The notes beneath the pieces are model-generated. The model was not told the DNA's origin and did no database searches. It was given only the letters and a program-made list of their open reading frames with translations. The translations under genes were made by a program, and so were the position numbers. A stretch of 64,000 nucleotides of DNA from Neoconidiobolus thromboides FSU 785. Its lineage: Eukaryota; Fungi; Entomophthoromycota. Each line of letters starts with the position of its first letter. The stretch's first letter is position 1. The DNA is taken from NCBI GenBank assembly GCA_025603075.1, contig MU626301.1:1-64000 (forward strand), read 5' to 3'. This document shows positions 48,445 through 64,000 of the stretch, in pieces.

Positions 48445-50103
48445 ATGGGAAAAGCAGAAAGGGCCAGTGTAACAAAAAAAAACTTGGGATTTCGACATGA
48501 TCCTTTACATGTTGATATCACAAATGAAGAAGGAACCAAGCTTTATGCTAAACCAGTTAAAAATCGAGCTAAGTTTGTAGCTAAGGCCAATAAAGGTGAA
48601 AAAGAGGATGATGTAAGCTAATTTGAAACTGTTTAATTAAACCTAATTTTATTTAGGAATATATTGACCCTAAAATCTCGAAAAAAATCTTAAAGTTGGC
48701 TCGTGAGCAACAAGAGGAGTTCCAAGAGAGTGAAGATGAAGACGAGTACGATAGAATAGCGTATGTAATATTAAATGTTTGTTTTAATAACATATAACAA
48801 TATTATATTAGTGGAAAAGATGAAGAAATTTATGAAGAGGAGGAAGAGGAAGAAATCGAAGAAGTTGAGTTAGATTATTATGGTGATTCCATGGATATTG
48901 AGGTATATTGGATATTTATTTTACTATATACGATATCAAATTCATATTATAAAAGGAATTGGATCAAGCTGATGTTAATGCAATGAATAAATTTTTACCA
49001 GAAGCTCCAGGAGAACGTATAAATTTAGCTGATCTTATCCGTGCTAAACTTGAGCAATACGATAATGCTCAAGCTCGTGCCAATGAGACTAAAGGTAAAG
49101 AGCATTAAAAATAGTTGTATTTAACTAATAGCAGTATAGATACATCAGCTCCCACTCCTCCAGGAATCAATCCTAAAGTAGCTGAAGTTTATTCAAAGTA
49201 CATAAAATTAATTCTAAAATTTTAAAGATTAACTTATTGTTTAGAGTTGGACTTTTATTATCACGTTATAAGTCTGGTAAGCTTCCAAAAGCTTTCAAGA
49301 TTATACCTTCTCTATCCAATTGGGAAGATATTCTTTATCTTACTCGTCCAGAAAAATGGACACCTCATGCTTTTTATGAAGCCACAAGGATCTTCGCTTC
49401 CAATCTTAAAAGTAGGCAATCTCAAAGATTTTTCCATTATGTTTTACTAGATAGAGTAAGAATGGATATTCAAGAATCTAAAAAATTATCCCCACATCTT
49501 TATATGGCTATTAAAAAGGCTTTATTCAAACCTGCCTCCTTTTTTAAAGGATTTTTATTTCCACTTTGTGAAGTAAGACTATATTTATATTTATTCAACA
49601 AAGTATTAAATTATAATAGTCAGGCACATGTACTCTTCGTGAAGCAGTTATTATTGGCTCTGTACTAACTAAAGTTTCTGTACCAATGCTTCACTCTGCA
49701 GCAGCATTATTACGTTTAGCTGAGATGGAATATTCCGGAGCCAATTCTTTATTCATCCGTTTACTTTTGGATAAAAAATATGCACTTCCATATAAAGTTA
49801 TTGATGCTTTGGTGTTCCATTTTGTACGTATGAAAGATGAAGAAGAAGCATTACCAGTCTTATGGCATCAAGCTTTTTTGGTGTTTGCTCAAAGGTAATA
49901 GATCTTTAATGTATTTAATGCAGTATTAATGTAATATGATAAGATATAAACAAGATATAACTCCAGAACAAAAAGATGCTTTATTTGAAGTGCTTCGTAA
50001 ACAAAATCATCATACCATCACCCCAGAAATTCGTAGAGAATTAGTTAGCTCCACTTCGAGAGGTGAAATTATGCAAGAAGATGACATGATGATGTCTGAC
50101 TAA
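48445..50103 (+). CDS. ENP1: Bystin (40S biogenesis factor Enp1), multi-exon
   Basis: [95 protein letters not shown]. Confidence 0.96.
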
Positions 50104-51931
50104 TCCAACTAACTTTTTAATTTTAAGTTGTTTTATAGAATAAATATATTATAAATATAGGGTTTTATGGTAAATTTTAAAGAATCAGTTGTTATTAAAA
50201 CATACAAGTTGACTTTTTAATGTTAATACCATATAATGATACTTCAAAATGTTAATCTAAAGCTGTATTCATATTTTTATGGCTATAATTTCAGATTTTC
50301 ATTATATAAGTTTAAGTTATTAAAACAAGGATAAAGATTAACTTATGAGTAATAATAGCAATACTATTATTTTGTTGATAGGCTTTACATGAAATTAAAA
50401 ATTGTCAATTTACAACCACTATCTTGTTCTGTTGTTAACTTAGTTGCTTGCCTGCTTTAGGTAAGATATTATTATGGTACTATTCTGATAAGACGTAGCA
50501 ATTTAAGGGTATTATTGACTGGTTTATTAGTATGTAAGATATTTAAGAGTTTAATGGTGATTATTATTTTTCAAAATTTAAGCTTTATAAAAAATGGACA
50601 AAAGGTTGGAACAAAAAAATATTTTAATATAGTAACTAGATGATTTTGTATATTATAAAAGCTAAAATAGTTAGCTAAATTTCTAATATTTTAATCAATA
50701 AGTATATTTTACCGTATAAAATGCCATTAATATTTTAAAATTATTATAATAAAATCACATAGCATCTTTTATTTAGGCTATAAATCTATAAAGTCAAAGT
50801 TGACTATTTTTTCTTTTTCAAATTATTACTAGCTAAATCTAGCCATTCTTTTCATATCAAACATTGTTAAGTTATGTTTTAACGATATATCTTTTAATCA
50901 TTTTCAAGTTATGATTTCAACATTAGGTCAGAATTATACAATAGCACTAATTAATTTAAGTTATTTTTTTATTTTCACTATTAATCTATAATATTTTTTA
51001 CTGTAATAAGGATATATATAAAATGAAATAATATAAATTGAAAAAATAATATGGGCAAAATAACAGATAGAAATAGAATAGGAGGCTAAATAGAAAAAAA
51101 TGTTCTCAAAAAGACCATTCCAAATCTGATAAAAAACTTGAATAATAAAAGTATGCGGTATTTTATAAGGGTTAAATAGGAATGTTCACAATATAAAAAT
51201 AGAAAATACAAATCTTCGCTAAAAATGACAAGTCCACATCCAATTAAGTAGTTATTTTTTATCTTTAGGAAATAAGGGAGAGGAGGTTTGAGAAAATACT
51301 AGAAAATTATGGAATAATAATTAATTGTTTCTTTGAATTCTATTGTTGAAAAAATATGTAATATTAAATTTAGTCCGCTAGATTTTAATTCATACAGTGG
51401 AATATCTACTTCAAAAGGAACGGAATATTAAAAAATTATATAAAACTAAAGCATACATAAAAACATATCCATTGATGTTATAGAACTATGCTATAAGTTA
51501 CAAAATTAGGCTGTTAATTTTTAAGCAGGTGATGAAAGTAAAATTTCGATATATTATCCCTAAGTTTCATAAATCAGCTGGTTATAAAAAAGAAGGATAT
51601 TTTGTAAGATGGTTTTTGAGACTGTTTTCGTGTAAAAATGTGAATATTTATTGCTTGTTAAAAGAGACTATTGCTAAGAAAAAAATCAAATAAAAATTTA
51701 AGTCAAGTACAGTTTAAGAAATAAGATTGCAATAAACACACCATGAATATAAATAAAAAGGAGTAAAACTTTATTTTGATATTTTGAATAAGAGTACAAG
51801 TAAATGAAAGAAGGTTTTGCAATGATAAAGCCAGGTAGAACTTTTAAGAAATAGAGTAGCTTTAAACATTAAACATAGCAAGCAAAGTGGTATGAAATTT
51901 TTAAAATAAATAGTTTTGCTTTAGCTACATT

Positions 51932-52947
51932 TTACGCCTTAACCATATAACTTTGGCCGTTACTGGCTTGGAAGCGGTTACCTAACTTATTATCACCTAT
52001 GACATCTCCTTGCTTATTAACTTCTATACCACTTAAGTCGCGGCAAGAGAAGCGGTTTGTTTGAATACTCTCTTTAATAGAGTCCATAGTGACTAGCTGT
52101 CCTTGATATATAGTTAGATCACGTGATGGGTCGATACCTTAAGTTATTTATTAAATTGGTTGATTTTAAAATACGACAATATCTATACCTGAAAGGTGTT
52201 GTAAACTAGGTGTTTGAGCAGTAAGTAACTCAAACTTTTGTCTAAGATCTTCAATGTCTATCTGTAAAGAAATATTTTCTTTTTGTTTGTTAGCCAACTC
52301 TTGATGAAGGGCTGAAATGTTTTCATCGTACATCTTAACCTTATCTTCAAGACCATTAATGTATTCTATATTGAGTTAGACATTTACCATATGATTCTTA
52401 CTAGCTTATTACCTTTTCTTCTTAGTCTGAAATTTCTAGCAGAAATTTTGTTCCTAATTTGACGACGTTCTTTTGGACCTGCCTTTTCAATCTGTTCTTG
52501 ATCCTCAGGTGATAAGATAAGATCTGCTCGAATATGACAATTATCACCATACTTAGATTTATCTTTTTTAGTTCGGTTACTACCATTGAACTCACTATCA
52601 AAAGTGGCTGTAGTACCAGGAGAACCAGCATCCATTTGAGCAGTCATGTCTTCAACTATGGGTGGTAACGCGGAGTTATCCAAAGAGAAAAAGTTAGGCT
52701 GAATAAGATTCTGATTTAATGTTGGTTCAGGGATGAAAAGGCTATTAATAAAAAGATCCACCATTTCTTGGTTTTGAATCTCATTCCCATTTGGGTCTTG
52801 GTTAATTATATTGCTTATATTCATAGTGTTATCATCAAGGTAATCGGTATGAATGTATTTATCAAAAGCGTTGCCATTGTTGGGGCTTACACTGGATGGT
52901 ACTTCGTCATCAATATTCTCTCTTTTGATGTTGTTTGGACTGGACAT
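51932..52947 (-). CDS. bZIP transcription factor, 3 exons
   Basis: The spliced basic region KERRQIRNKISARNFRLRRKEYINGLEDKV is followed by a leucine zipper (NISALHQELANKQKENISLQIDIEDLRQK). TAA at 51932. Confidence 0.88.
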
Positions 52948-52997
52948 TCTTAAATTTTATAAAATAAAGTGTTTGTAAAAGATATATAGCAAGTAGG

Positions 52998-53130
52998 ATT
53001 GGTTAAATGAAAGCAATTTTGTAGATTTCGTTAGTTTATATATCACTGCGCTGGACTTTGAACTTTTCTAAGCAAAAGATTGGCTAGAAATGAAACCAAT
53101 TAAATGTTTTTACTAAATTCCTTGCCCAAT
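52998..53130 (-). promoter_or_regulatory. CCAAT-box cluster upstream of the bZIP gene
   Basis: ATTGG at 52998 and 53079 and CCAAT at 53096 and 53126, all within 200 bp of the ATG. Confidence 0.35.
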
Positions 53131-55785
53131 TGAATTTATAAGCTTAAAATTATAGTAAAAGGTGTTTTATGTAAACTTGATATCCACAGGTACAACTGTA
53201 TAGAATATGATATTTTTATATTATATGGTATAAGTGTTAACTCGTACTGCCATTGAACGCTTTATAGTGTAGTATTATATATCGGAAAATTAAGCTCTGA
53301 TGCCTAGTTTAAATAGAAATCTGGTTTAAGATGACTTAACTATTTTTGCATTATTCAACAGGAAGTTTATAAACATTTTGTCAATTCCCACCAATTACTT
53401 TGAGGGAGATTGTTTTTTTGTTGCATGAGGTGTGGCAAAAATGATTAAGGGGTAAAGTCATCAAAAAATCGTGGATGATCTCACCATAATATAAAGAGTA
53501 CTTCAATGTCAATATTAAATATAAAAAACTATATAAACTTAGTTTAATACTATAAATTTGTCTTTGTAAATTTAAAGAACACCTAGTTCTATATTTTCGA
53601 TCTTTACCTTTGAAATTGTAATTCTAAGGGATTATTTATGATTTAAAAATTAAGTAGTAAGGATAATGATTTAACATAACAAGAAAAGCTTATAATATTA
53701 TTTTTGATTGGTCCTATCTCTTTAAAACTTTATTTATTAACTGTAAGCTCCTTATGTTTATTGGAATAGAACTTCAATGGCTAATTTTCCTGAACTTAAA
53801 AATAAACTAACTATTATCAAGATACTTTATATAACTAGAATTATATTATAGTATTTAAATAAATAAACATAAATAAAAACGAGGTCTTTGCTAACAATGT
53901 ATGCAACAAGTTTTAAAGTGAGATTGCTAAATGAAGTAATTTAGATAAAATTTAAACTAAGCTGCATATTGGTTTGAAATGCCATTCCTTTAAACCAATA
54001 ATCTTCCTACTCGTAACATTGTCTAAGGAAAACAAAATGCTACTTTGAAACACAGATATACGACAAATAAACACACCACTTTTTGTGGGAATGAAAAATA
54101 GTAGCGTTAATATTAAATATATTGATCGGTTTTTGTGGTATTAGAAAGTTAACTGCATGGTGTGATATTACTAAAATATTTAAATATTTTCTTACATAAT
54201 TTGATTAAATTTATAAGGCTTATTCTAGATACTATGATGGCCTTTTGTTCAAATTTTATGAAGTAGTTTTCAGTTTTTTGACCAGTTTTGACTAGTTTTT
54301 GAAATTCATATTTAAAACTAAATGCTCAATTTCTTAAGATACCTAAAGTTATGTTAGTGGCACTTAATAGTAATTAATGAATAAGTGGATTAAAAGTGGG
54401 ATATTAAAGAATATTAATATTAATAGAATCCAGTTATCATAATAATATATAATGTGAATATTTTAATAACTAATGAGAAGCTTATTTTTTTAGTAGAAAT
54501 CCTTGATTTTTTATTATGTAATATTTTTTTAGTTAAAATAAGCAAAAATACATTGATTCATAAAGTAAATAGAGAGTACATAAATAAAAGAATTAAATGT
54601 ATGATGTAAATACAATAATTTACCTTAAACTGAATTCCTATTTAGCTGTAACTATGTATTATTTATTTAAAAAGCACTTATATGATGAAAAAACATTTAG
54701 ACTGGGGTTTCTAAGAATTTAACTAAATTTTAAACCTTAAAATGGACAAATTATTGAAAAAAATGTTACTGTATTAATACAATACAAAAAAGAAGTTTAG
54801 GATATATTAGATATCTCTGAAATTCATTTGTATTATAATTTGTTATATTTAACCATCTTAATTAAAATAATTGATACAAAAGTACATAAATCAATTTATA
54901 AAAGCTAACTTATTAGTTTAAAAGATTTTATTAAGAGATTATTTTAAAATTTGTAATTTTGTAATTTGATGATTATTCTTTTATTAATTAATATAGCAAT
55001 TTAATCAACTTTCAAATTGATGACAAATAATTTTTCATATAAAACATGGCTTCTTATTTACCATCCTGTTATCATCTAAATATATTGTATTCAGATACAT
55101 CAAATATTTTTTTTCTGTTAATATTGGGCTTTATAAAATTCATATTACAATTATCCTTTACATGATGGTAAAGTACAGTATAAAATTGAAACTCAGTTTT
55201 ATAAAATAATATCCCTATTATACAAATTTGGTATATTTAAAAGATTCTAATAGATATAGCAATTAATACTCTCAGTCTACTAGTTTTATAAAAAAGAAAA
55301 AAAAATACTGTATAAGGCTAAAAAGTATATATATATAAATTTACATTACAGTAGGAAATGAATTTTAATAAATTATATAGATGAAGCATTAACTTTTATT
55401 GAATTTGATACTAAGAGAATTATAAAAATCATGTTTAAACATCAAACTAATGGTAACAACAGGGATATCTTAAATATTTAAAGCTTTTGGAGTTGTAAAT
55501 GTAGAAGGCTATTAAAAATTTTGAAGTGGCTCTCATTAATAAAAAGTTTATTCCCACATAAAGTTAATATTATGAAAACTAAAAACCAAAATAACCTTTG
55601 ATGATTGGCTATTCAATTCAAAAGTAGCCAAAAGCACGTAACATGAGGCAAAAATAAGATGGCTTAAAAAAGTAAGAAAAAAATAAAACTAGATTTTAAT
55701 TTTCTATTGTAAGTTCAAAAGGGCTAAGAATTTTAATACTCGATTTTTAATTTTATTTCTTTAGTGTTTCTAAATCTAAATAAAA

Positions 55786-57890
<2,105 letters not shown>

Positions 57891-58289
57891 AAAAGAGACC
57901 AATTTCTTTTTTTCGATGTCTTTATAACTATTTGTCTGATTTTATAAAGTGATTAAATCTTTTTAAATATAACTAGTTATGTCTTTTATATCATGAATTG
58001 TGTAATTATCACTTAGTAGGATTGTTATATATTTAAAGTATTAGATTAGATGAGATAGAGTTAGTCATTCTTTTCATAAAAATATATTTTAACCAATCAA
58101 AATAACTATAAGCCGCTAATTTTGATTAAACTTACCTAATTTGTCTATGATTTAGCGAAATACTAAAAAATTAAGCTACGTCAGATGACTATTTATTATT
58201 TTTAAAAGAAATGGGTTAAGTGATATAAATAAGCAAGATTTGTTGTTTCAAGCACTTTTTTATTTCAATTTTAACTTAAAAAATATATC

Positions 58290-59958
58290 ATGAAAGTAGT
58301 AAACAATATTTTAAAGTAATGAAATAAATTGACATGATACCAATAGGCAATTATACCAAGTTTTGAAGAAGCACGGAAATTGATCGAAAGTCAACCTGAT
58401 GGCAATATATTACCAGTTTATAAGATTATTTTTGCAGATCTGTTAAATCCATTTGCAGCTTATCTTAAATTAGTTGACTATTATAAAGATAAATCAAAGT
58501 ATCCTGGCTACTCTTTTTTGTTTGAGTCCGTTAAAAGTGATGAAAAGATTGGTAGATATTCTTTAATCGGATGCGGTAAGTTTAAATCTAATTGATTTAA
58601 AGTTAATAATTCACTGAATTATATTTTTCTATAGACCCATATAAGATAGTGATTAGTGGTGAAGACAAAGAGATCAAAGGAGATCCATTGATTGAAATCG
58701 AAAAGTATTTAAGCCAATATAACTATATTTCAGTAAATGGGCTGCCTGAATTTACGGGTAATTTGTTAATGATAAAATGTAACAATTATTAATATTAAAC
58801 TTATTTTAAGGCGGTGCTGTAGGGTATATATCATTTGATTGTGTTAAATATTTTGAACCACGTACAGCAAGAAAATTAAAGGATCCATTAGGAATACCCG
58901 AATCTGTACATATGTATTGTAAAAATGTGATTATATTTGATCATTTATTTCAAAAGATAAATGTAATAACTCATATAAAAGGGGACTTAAAAGATAGCCA
59001 AGTGTTTAAAAGTGAGTATGAAAATGCCTTATTGAAATTAGATGAAATGGTGGAGGCATTAACTTGTGATGGAGTACCATTACCGGATCAAGTTCCTATT
59101 ACTGAAACTAACTTATCATTTAAGTCCAATGTTGGTAAAGAAGGTTACGAGAATTTTGTCAATATCCTTAAGGATAACATTAAGAATGGGGAAATTATTC
59201 AAGCTGTGCCATCTCAGCGTTTATCTCGTCCAACACAGCTACATCCATTCAATGTATATCGTTATTTAAGAACAGTAAATCCATCTCCTTATTTATTTTA
59301 TTTGGATTGTGCTGATTTCCAAGTGGTGGGCGCCTCCCCTGAAATGTTAGTTAAAGTGGATTTAGATAACAAAGTTTATACTCATCCCATTGCTGGCACC
59401 AGACGTCGTGGAAAAACAGCTGCCGAAGATTTAGCACTGGAAAAGGATTTGTTAAGTGATATTAAAGAAACTTCTGAACATGTAATGTTGGTTGACTTAG
59501 GTCGTAATGACGTTAATCGGGTAGCTCAGCCTGGTACTGTTAAAGTGGATTCTCTTATGCATATTGAGAAATACAGTCACGTAATGCATATCGTATCGAA
59601 TGTATCGGGTACCTTAAGGGAAGAATGTAATAGGTTTGATGCTTTCCGCTCAGTTTTTCCAGCTGGAACTGTGTCTGGAGCACCAAAGGTAAGGGCTTTA
59701 GAATTGATTGGTGAACTTGAAGGAGAAAAGAGGGGAATTTATGCAGGCTCTGTTGGTCATTTTGATTATTCAGGTGGTATGGATACTTGTATTGCTATTA
59801 GAACTATGCTGTTTAAGGACGGCTATGTTCACCTCCAGGCGGGTGGAGGTATTGTTTATGATTCTGTACCATTGGACGAGTACAATGAAACCTTAGCTAA
59901 ATTATCTTCTAATTTAGCTACGATTGAAAAAGCAGAGTATTATTATATGAATGAATAA
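58290..59958 (+). CDS. TRP2: Anthranilate synthase component I
   Basis: SFLFESV..IGRYS, GGAVGYISFD, IQAVPSQR, LRTVNPSPYLFY, PIAGTRRRG, EHVMLVDLGRND, FPAGTVSGAPKVRA, QAGGGIVYDS. Confidence 0.96.
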
Positions 59959-60050
59959 ATAAATAAATAAATAAATTTCAATAAAGAATAAATATAAAAT
60001 TTGGATTTTAATCTTTATCGAAAATAACACAAAGCTTTGGTATAATTTTT

Positions 60051-62356
60051 TTACATTCTAAAAACACCAAAAGTATTATCAGTTCTTGTAGAAGGGTTAT
60101 TAAGTGCAGCAGATAAACCAAGGCCAAGTACAGTACGAGTATCTTGTGGACGAATTACACCATCATCCCATAATCTAGCGGAAGAAAAGTAAGGATGGCC
60201 TTCCTTTTCATATTGTTCTTGAATTGGCGCTTTAAATTTAGCCTCTTCATCCTCTGACCAACTTTGCCCCTTCTTTTCCATAGCATCCCTTTTAACTTGG
60301 GATAATACACCAGCAGCTTGTTCACCACCCATAACAGAGATACGTGCGTTTGGCCACATCCATAAAAATCTTGGAGAATAAGCTCTACCACACATACCGT
60401 AATTACCAGCGCCAAAACTTCCACCAATTAACACAGTAAATTTAGGTACTTGAGCGCAGGCTACTGCTGTTACCATCTTAGCACCATGTTTTGCTATACC
60501 TCCAGCTTCGGCTGAGGAACCAACCATAAACCCGGTGATATTTTGTAAAAATACCAATGGGATGTTACGTTGAGAACATAATTGAATAAAATGGGCAGCT
60601 TTCATAGCGGATTCAGCAAATAATACGCCATTGTTGGCTACAATACCTACTGGATAACCATGTATACGTGCAAAACCTAAGAAAGTGATTGATAAGTTGT
60701 TAAGAAATTGTACTATTCATTTAATAATTACCTGTTACAACAGTTGTGCCATATAATTCTTTAAATTCATTAAATTCAGAGCCATCAACAATACGTGCAA
60801 TAACTTCTTTAACATCAAATGGCTTTCTAAGATTATCACCAACAATACCACCCAATTCTTCAATGGAATATAAAGGTTCCTTAACACTCTCAATTGTAAG
60901 CTAAAAGCATGTTAATAATAATAAATCAAACTTATCTTAACGTTACCTTGTGTTCCTTCTTACGATTGAGAGTAGTTACAACTCTACGTGCAATAGATAA
61001 AGCATGTGCATCATCATTAGCATAATGGTCTGTAACACCAGAGGTACGGCCTAAAATAAATCATCAATTTAACTAATACAATACAAAAGTAAACAGCAAT
61101 AATACAATGTAAATCAGCACCGCCAAGATCTTCAGCAGAAACTACTTCACCAGTAGCAGCTTTAACTAATGGCGGGCCACCCAAAAAGATGGTGCCTTGT
61201 TTAGCTACAATAATAGACTCATCGGCCATAGCTGGTACATAAGCACCACCAGCAGTACATGAACCCATAACAACAGCTATTTGTGGAATACCTTCTGCAG
61301 ACATAGTAGCCTTAAATTATAATTTAGTTGATTATATATGGTATGTTTAGTGTATATTTACTTGGTTGAAGAAGATTCTACCAAAGTGTTCTTTATCTGG
61401 AAATACATCGGCTTGGTTTGGTAAATTAGCACCTCCAGAATCGACTACGAAAACAATTAGTATCAATAAATAATATATATACATATTTTATATTACCTAA
61501 GTAAATGCAAGGTAACTTATTTTCACGTGCGATTTCTTGAGCACGTAAATGTTTCTTAACTAAAATAACGTTAATATAATGATATTTTTAAAATATAATA
61601 GTAAATTACCAGTAATAGGGTAATAAGTACCACCCTTTTAGAACACAAAATTAAATATGTAATAAGTGAATAATAATATTTTTTACCTTAACAGTTGGAT
61701 CATTGGCTACGATCATACATTCAACACTATTATATTTTATATTTTACTGTTATTATATTCTGTATTAAGATGTATATAAAATTACCCTTGTACTCTACCA
61801 ATACCAGTAATAATACCACCAGCTGGTACATCTTCCTTGTATAATTTATAACCTGCTAATGCAGAAAGTTCAAGAAATGGGGAGCTAAATAAAAATATTA
61901 AATATATATGTTAAAATGTGATTAAAAACAATTACCCATTATCCAATAAACGTGCGATACTATTTTATAAAGACAAAAAAATAGTTCAATATTAGTTGTT
62001 GTTTTTAGTAGTAGCGAAATTATGTGTTTACCGATCTCTTGGTAACAATTTATTCCTTGAAAGATGACGTTGACGAGAGGCTTCACCACCACCTGAAGTA
62101 TTATAAAAAAATTGCCTATTATTTCCATATATATTTAATTACCTAAAGCCACTTTTTCACAGTCGTTTTCCAAGTCTTTAACCAACTTTTCCATTCTATG
62201 AGCATTCTCTTTAAATTGTTCAGAATGGATTTCCACTTTAGTAGTTAATACATTAGGCTCGTTATAAGTATGAAACTTTAAAGAGTTAATAGTTGAATTT
62301 ATTAAACCTTTTGAATTGATTGTTCTATTAATTAATTTTAAATTTCTTAATAACAT
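60051..62356 (-). CDS. MCCC2: 3-methylcrotonyl-CoA carboxylase beta (carboxyltransferase) subunit, multi-exon
   Basis: [91 protein letters not shown]. Confidence 0.96.
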
Positions 62357-63053
62357 TTTAATAGTTGTTGTTTTCTTTTATGTTAAAAAATAAAAATATT
62401 AAAAAAAAATCAATGGCTATTTATTCTTTGCTTTTCGATACATCATCGAATTTAGTGTTTTTATTTTTACAAAAATGACACGAAATTTTAGTAATAGTTA
62501 TAAAGTAAAACATTAAATATTAGAATTTTATATTTACGCTTCATAACTTCCTTCGATATAGCGAAAGGTTAAGTATGAATGTAGACTATATATACATACG
62601 AATACTACTACTATTATCGACCATAGCTACTGCTCATTATCTATGTTAAATAAACAGCATATTCTTGCACTTTAGCAATCCCCTAATAGCATAACCTTAT
62701 TTTTATACATATTACTCTTTAATTGGTTTTATTTTATTTTTATTTTTATAAATTATTAAACATAACCAATCCTCGAGTTTATTTATAATTTGACTTTAGT
62801 TTTAAATCTCGGATTTTTATTGGTGTGATAAATTATTAGAAAATTAAATTAAGATCAAAGTTTATTAAAAATAAGGCATGGGAATCTTTTCACTTTATTA
62901 TTTTTGTTTAGTTTTTATACTACATAGGATTAAACAAAATATAATTAGTACTGGATTAAAAAAGAAACTCATGCTATATTATTTGAATATGAAATTTGGT
63001 TTCAAGTATTTCAATTTAAAATGGAAGCTGAAAATATATTTAAGAGTTTAACT

Positions 63054-63140
63054 GAGAGTGCTTTTAGCTTCATTATTTTTTCTATTTTAAGTGCTATTTA
63101 AGTGGAAAATTGTAATAATCCTTATACAAAAAAATACATA
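63054..63140 (-). mobile_element. MITE family A remnant
   Basis: TTAGCTTCATTATTTTTTCTATTTTAAGTGCTATTTAAGTGGAAAATTG...ACAAAAAAATACAT aligns to the reverse consensus; termini eroded. Confidence 0.65.
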
Positions 63141-63409
63141 ACTATTAGTTTTTTGGAATTTTAAGCTGATCGGTAGTTGATCGAAACATAAGTGAAAAGA
63201 CATCCTTGTCTATTTTAAAAAGTAAACTCTTTCAAAAATAGTGGACAGTGTCTCATCAAAGAGGCACATCGTTCTTTTCAGCTAATTTTTGCAACTACTA
63301 TTTGCAATCATCAATTAATTAAATTCTAGCAAATCAATTTATGACACTAAAATCAAAAATGATTACTTAAATAAACTTAAAAAAACAATCAAACCTATTT
63401 TAAATAAAC

Positions 63410-64000
63410 ATGGGTTACGGTTTAGTTACAACTTATTTAGTAGGCTGGATAGTCGTATTCGGCTCTTTTGTATTCTTTTACCATAAAAATAAAGCTTTGG
63501 GTAACTTTCATTCTTTTTATTTTTTATGCTTTATTTAGCGTTTGATTATTAGCAAGTAGCAAATTAGAGCCTTGGTTCGGTGAAAATAAATATAAAGAAT
63601 TATATATCAAATTATTATCAGCAGATCCTCCAGTTGATGATTACTTATTAAAAGCGGCTTTATTACGTCGTGCTATGACAGTCGTTGAACGTGTATTGAA
63701 AATGCGTGAACAAAAGCCACCACTTTCACAATTGTTAAAAAATGGCTCTATTGGAGAAGATGTTTGGAATTCCTTTTTATTAGCTGAAGCTGAGCTTGAG
63801 ACTGAAGTTGTCGAAGTAATGGAAGAAGCGGATACCTTTAATGAAGGCTGGGGCCAATCAATCTATCAAACTGCTTCTGAAATGCATGGTCATGACCGTG
63901 CTCGTAGCCACCAGATGGAAGTTGAACGACTCAGGTCCTCAGAACGTGAAGTAAATAAAAAGATAGTTCAATGGAAAGAAGAGATGGATGAAAGTCTTAG
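63410..64000 (+). CDS. SEC66: Sec62/63 complex subunit Sec66 (Sec71), 3' partial
   Basis: N-terminal TM (YLVGWIVVFGSFVFFY), one intron, then LEPWF..., LLKAALLRRAM..V.R, LLKNGSIGEDVW, E..EA..F.EGWGQSIYQTASEM. Runs off the window end. Confidence 0.9.

Noticed and set aside
53200-55700. Hidden gene or ncRNA in the long intergenic region between the bZIP gene and VMA2 (likewise 42600-44100 and 50150-51900)
   Set aside because: No ORF, splice pattern, snRNA motif or stable hairpin that I could support; it looks like ordinary AT-rich intergenic DNA.
62536-62576. loxP-like or hairpin sequence ATAACTTCCTTCGATATAGCGAAAGGTTAAGTAT
   Set aside because: Only the first 8 bases match loxP, the dyad is imperfect, and no recombinase is nearby; compatible with chance.

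Overview
Very AT-rich, intron-rich eukaryotic DNA. Gene content and short (about 45-60 bp) AT-rich GT-AG introns point to an early-diverging fungus, most like Entomophthoromycotina (Conidiobolus/Neoconidiobolus type); this assignment is inference. The backbone is housekeeping genes: TOR (5' end), LIP2, BEM46/ABHD13, GUP1, Aquarius, stomatin-like 2, RRN6-like, POP7, SCS7, a Nudix CoA pyrophosphatase, bystin, a bZIP factor, VMA2, TRP2, MCCC2, SEC66 (5' end) and a tRNA-Gly(TCC). Accessory blocks lie between them. (i) About 14 copies of a ~105-bp non-autonomous TIR element (GGGGATG...CATCCCC flanked by ATAT), two with fold-back-extended arms. (ii) Two adjacent intronless secreted copper-enzyme genes: a tyrosinase and a His-brace LPMO-like protein. 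(iii) A decayed UHRF1/VIM-like PHD-SRA-RING gene whose PHD finger is split by a MITE; splicing one intron and removing the MITE restores a complete C4HC3 finger. (iv) A ~3.5-kb decayed gene with a long N/Q-rich Trp-spaced (WG/NW) tail resembling an Argonaute hook, with many stops at Trp and Gln positions. (v) One intact and one dead F-box/LRR-type gene. The most interesting signals are the two fossil silencing-factor-like genes alongside an abundant MITE family, and the unclassified LPMO/tyrosinase pair. All calls come from reading the sequence and recalled family motifs; no database search was run. Multi-exon gene spans are start-to-stop estimates.
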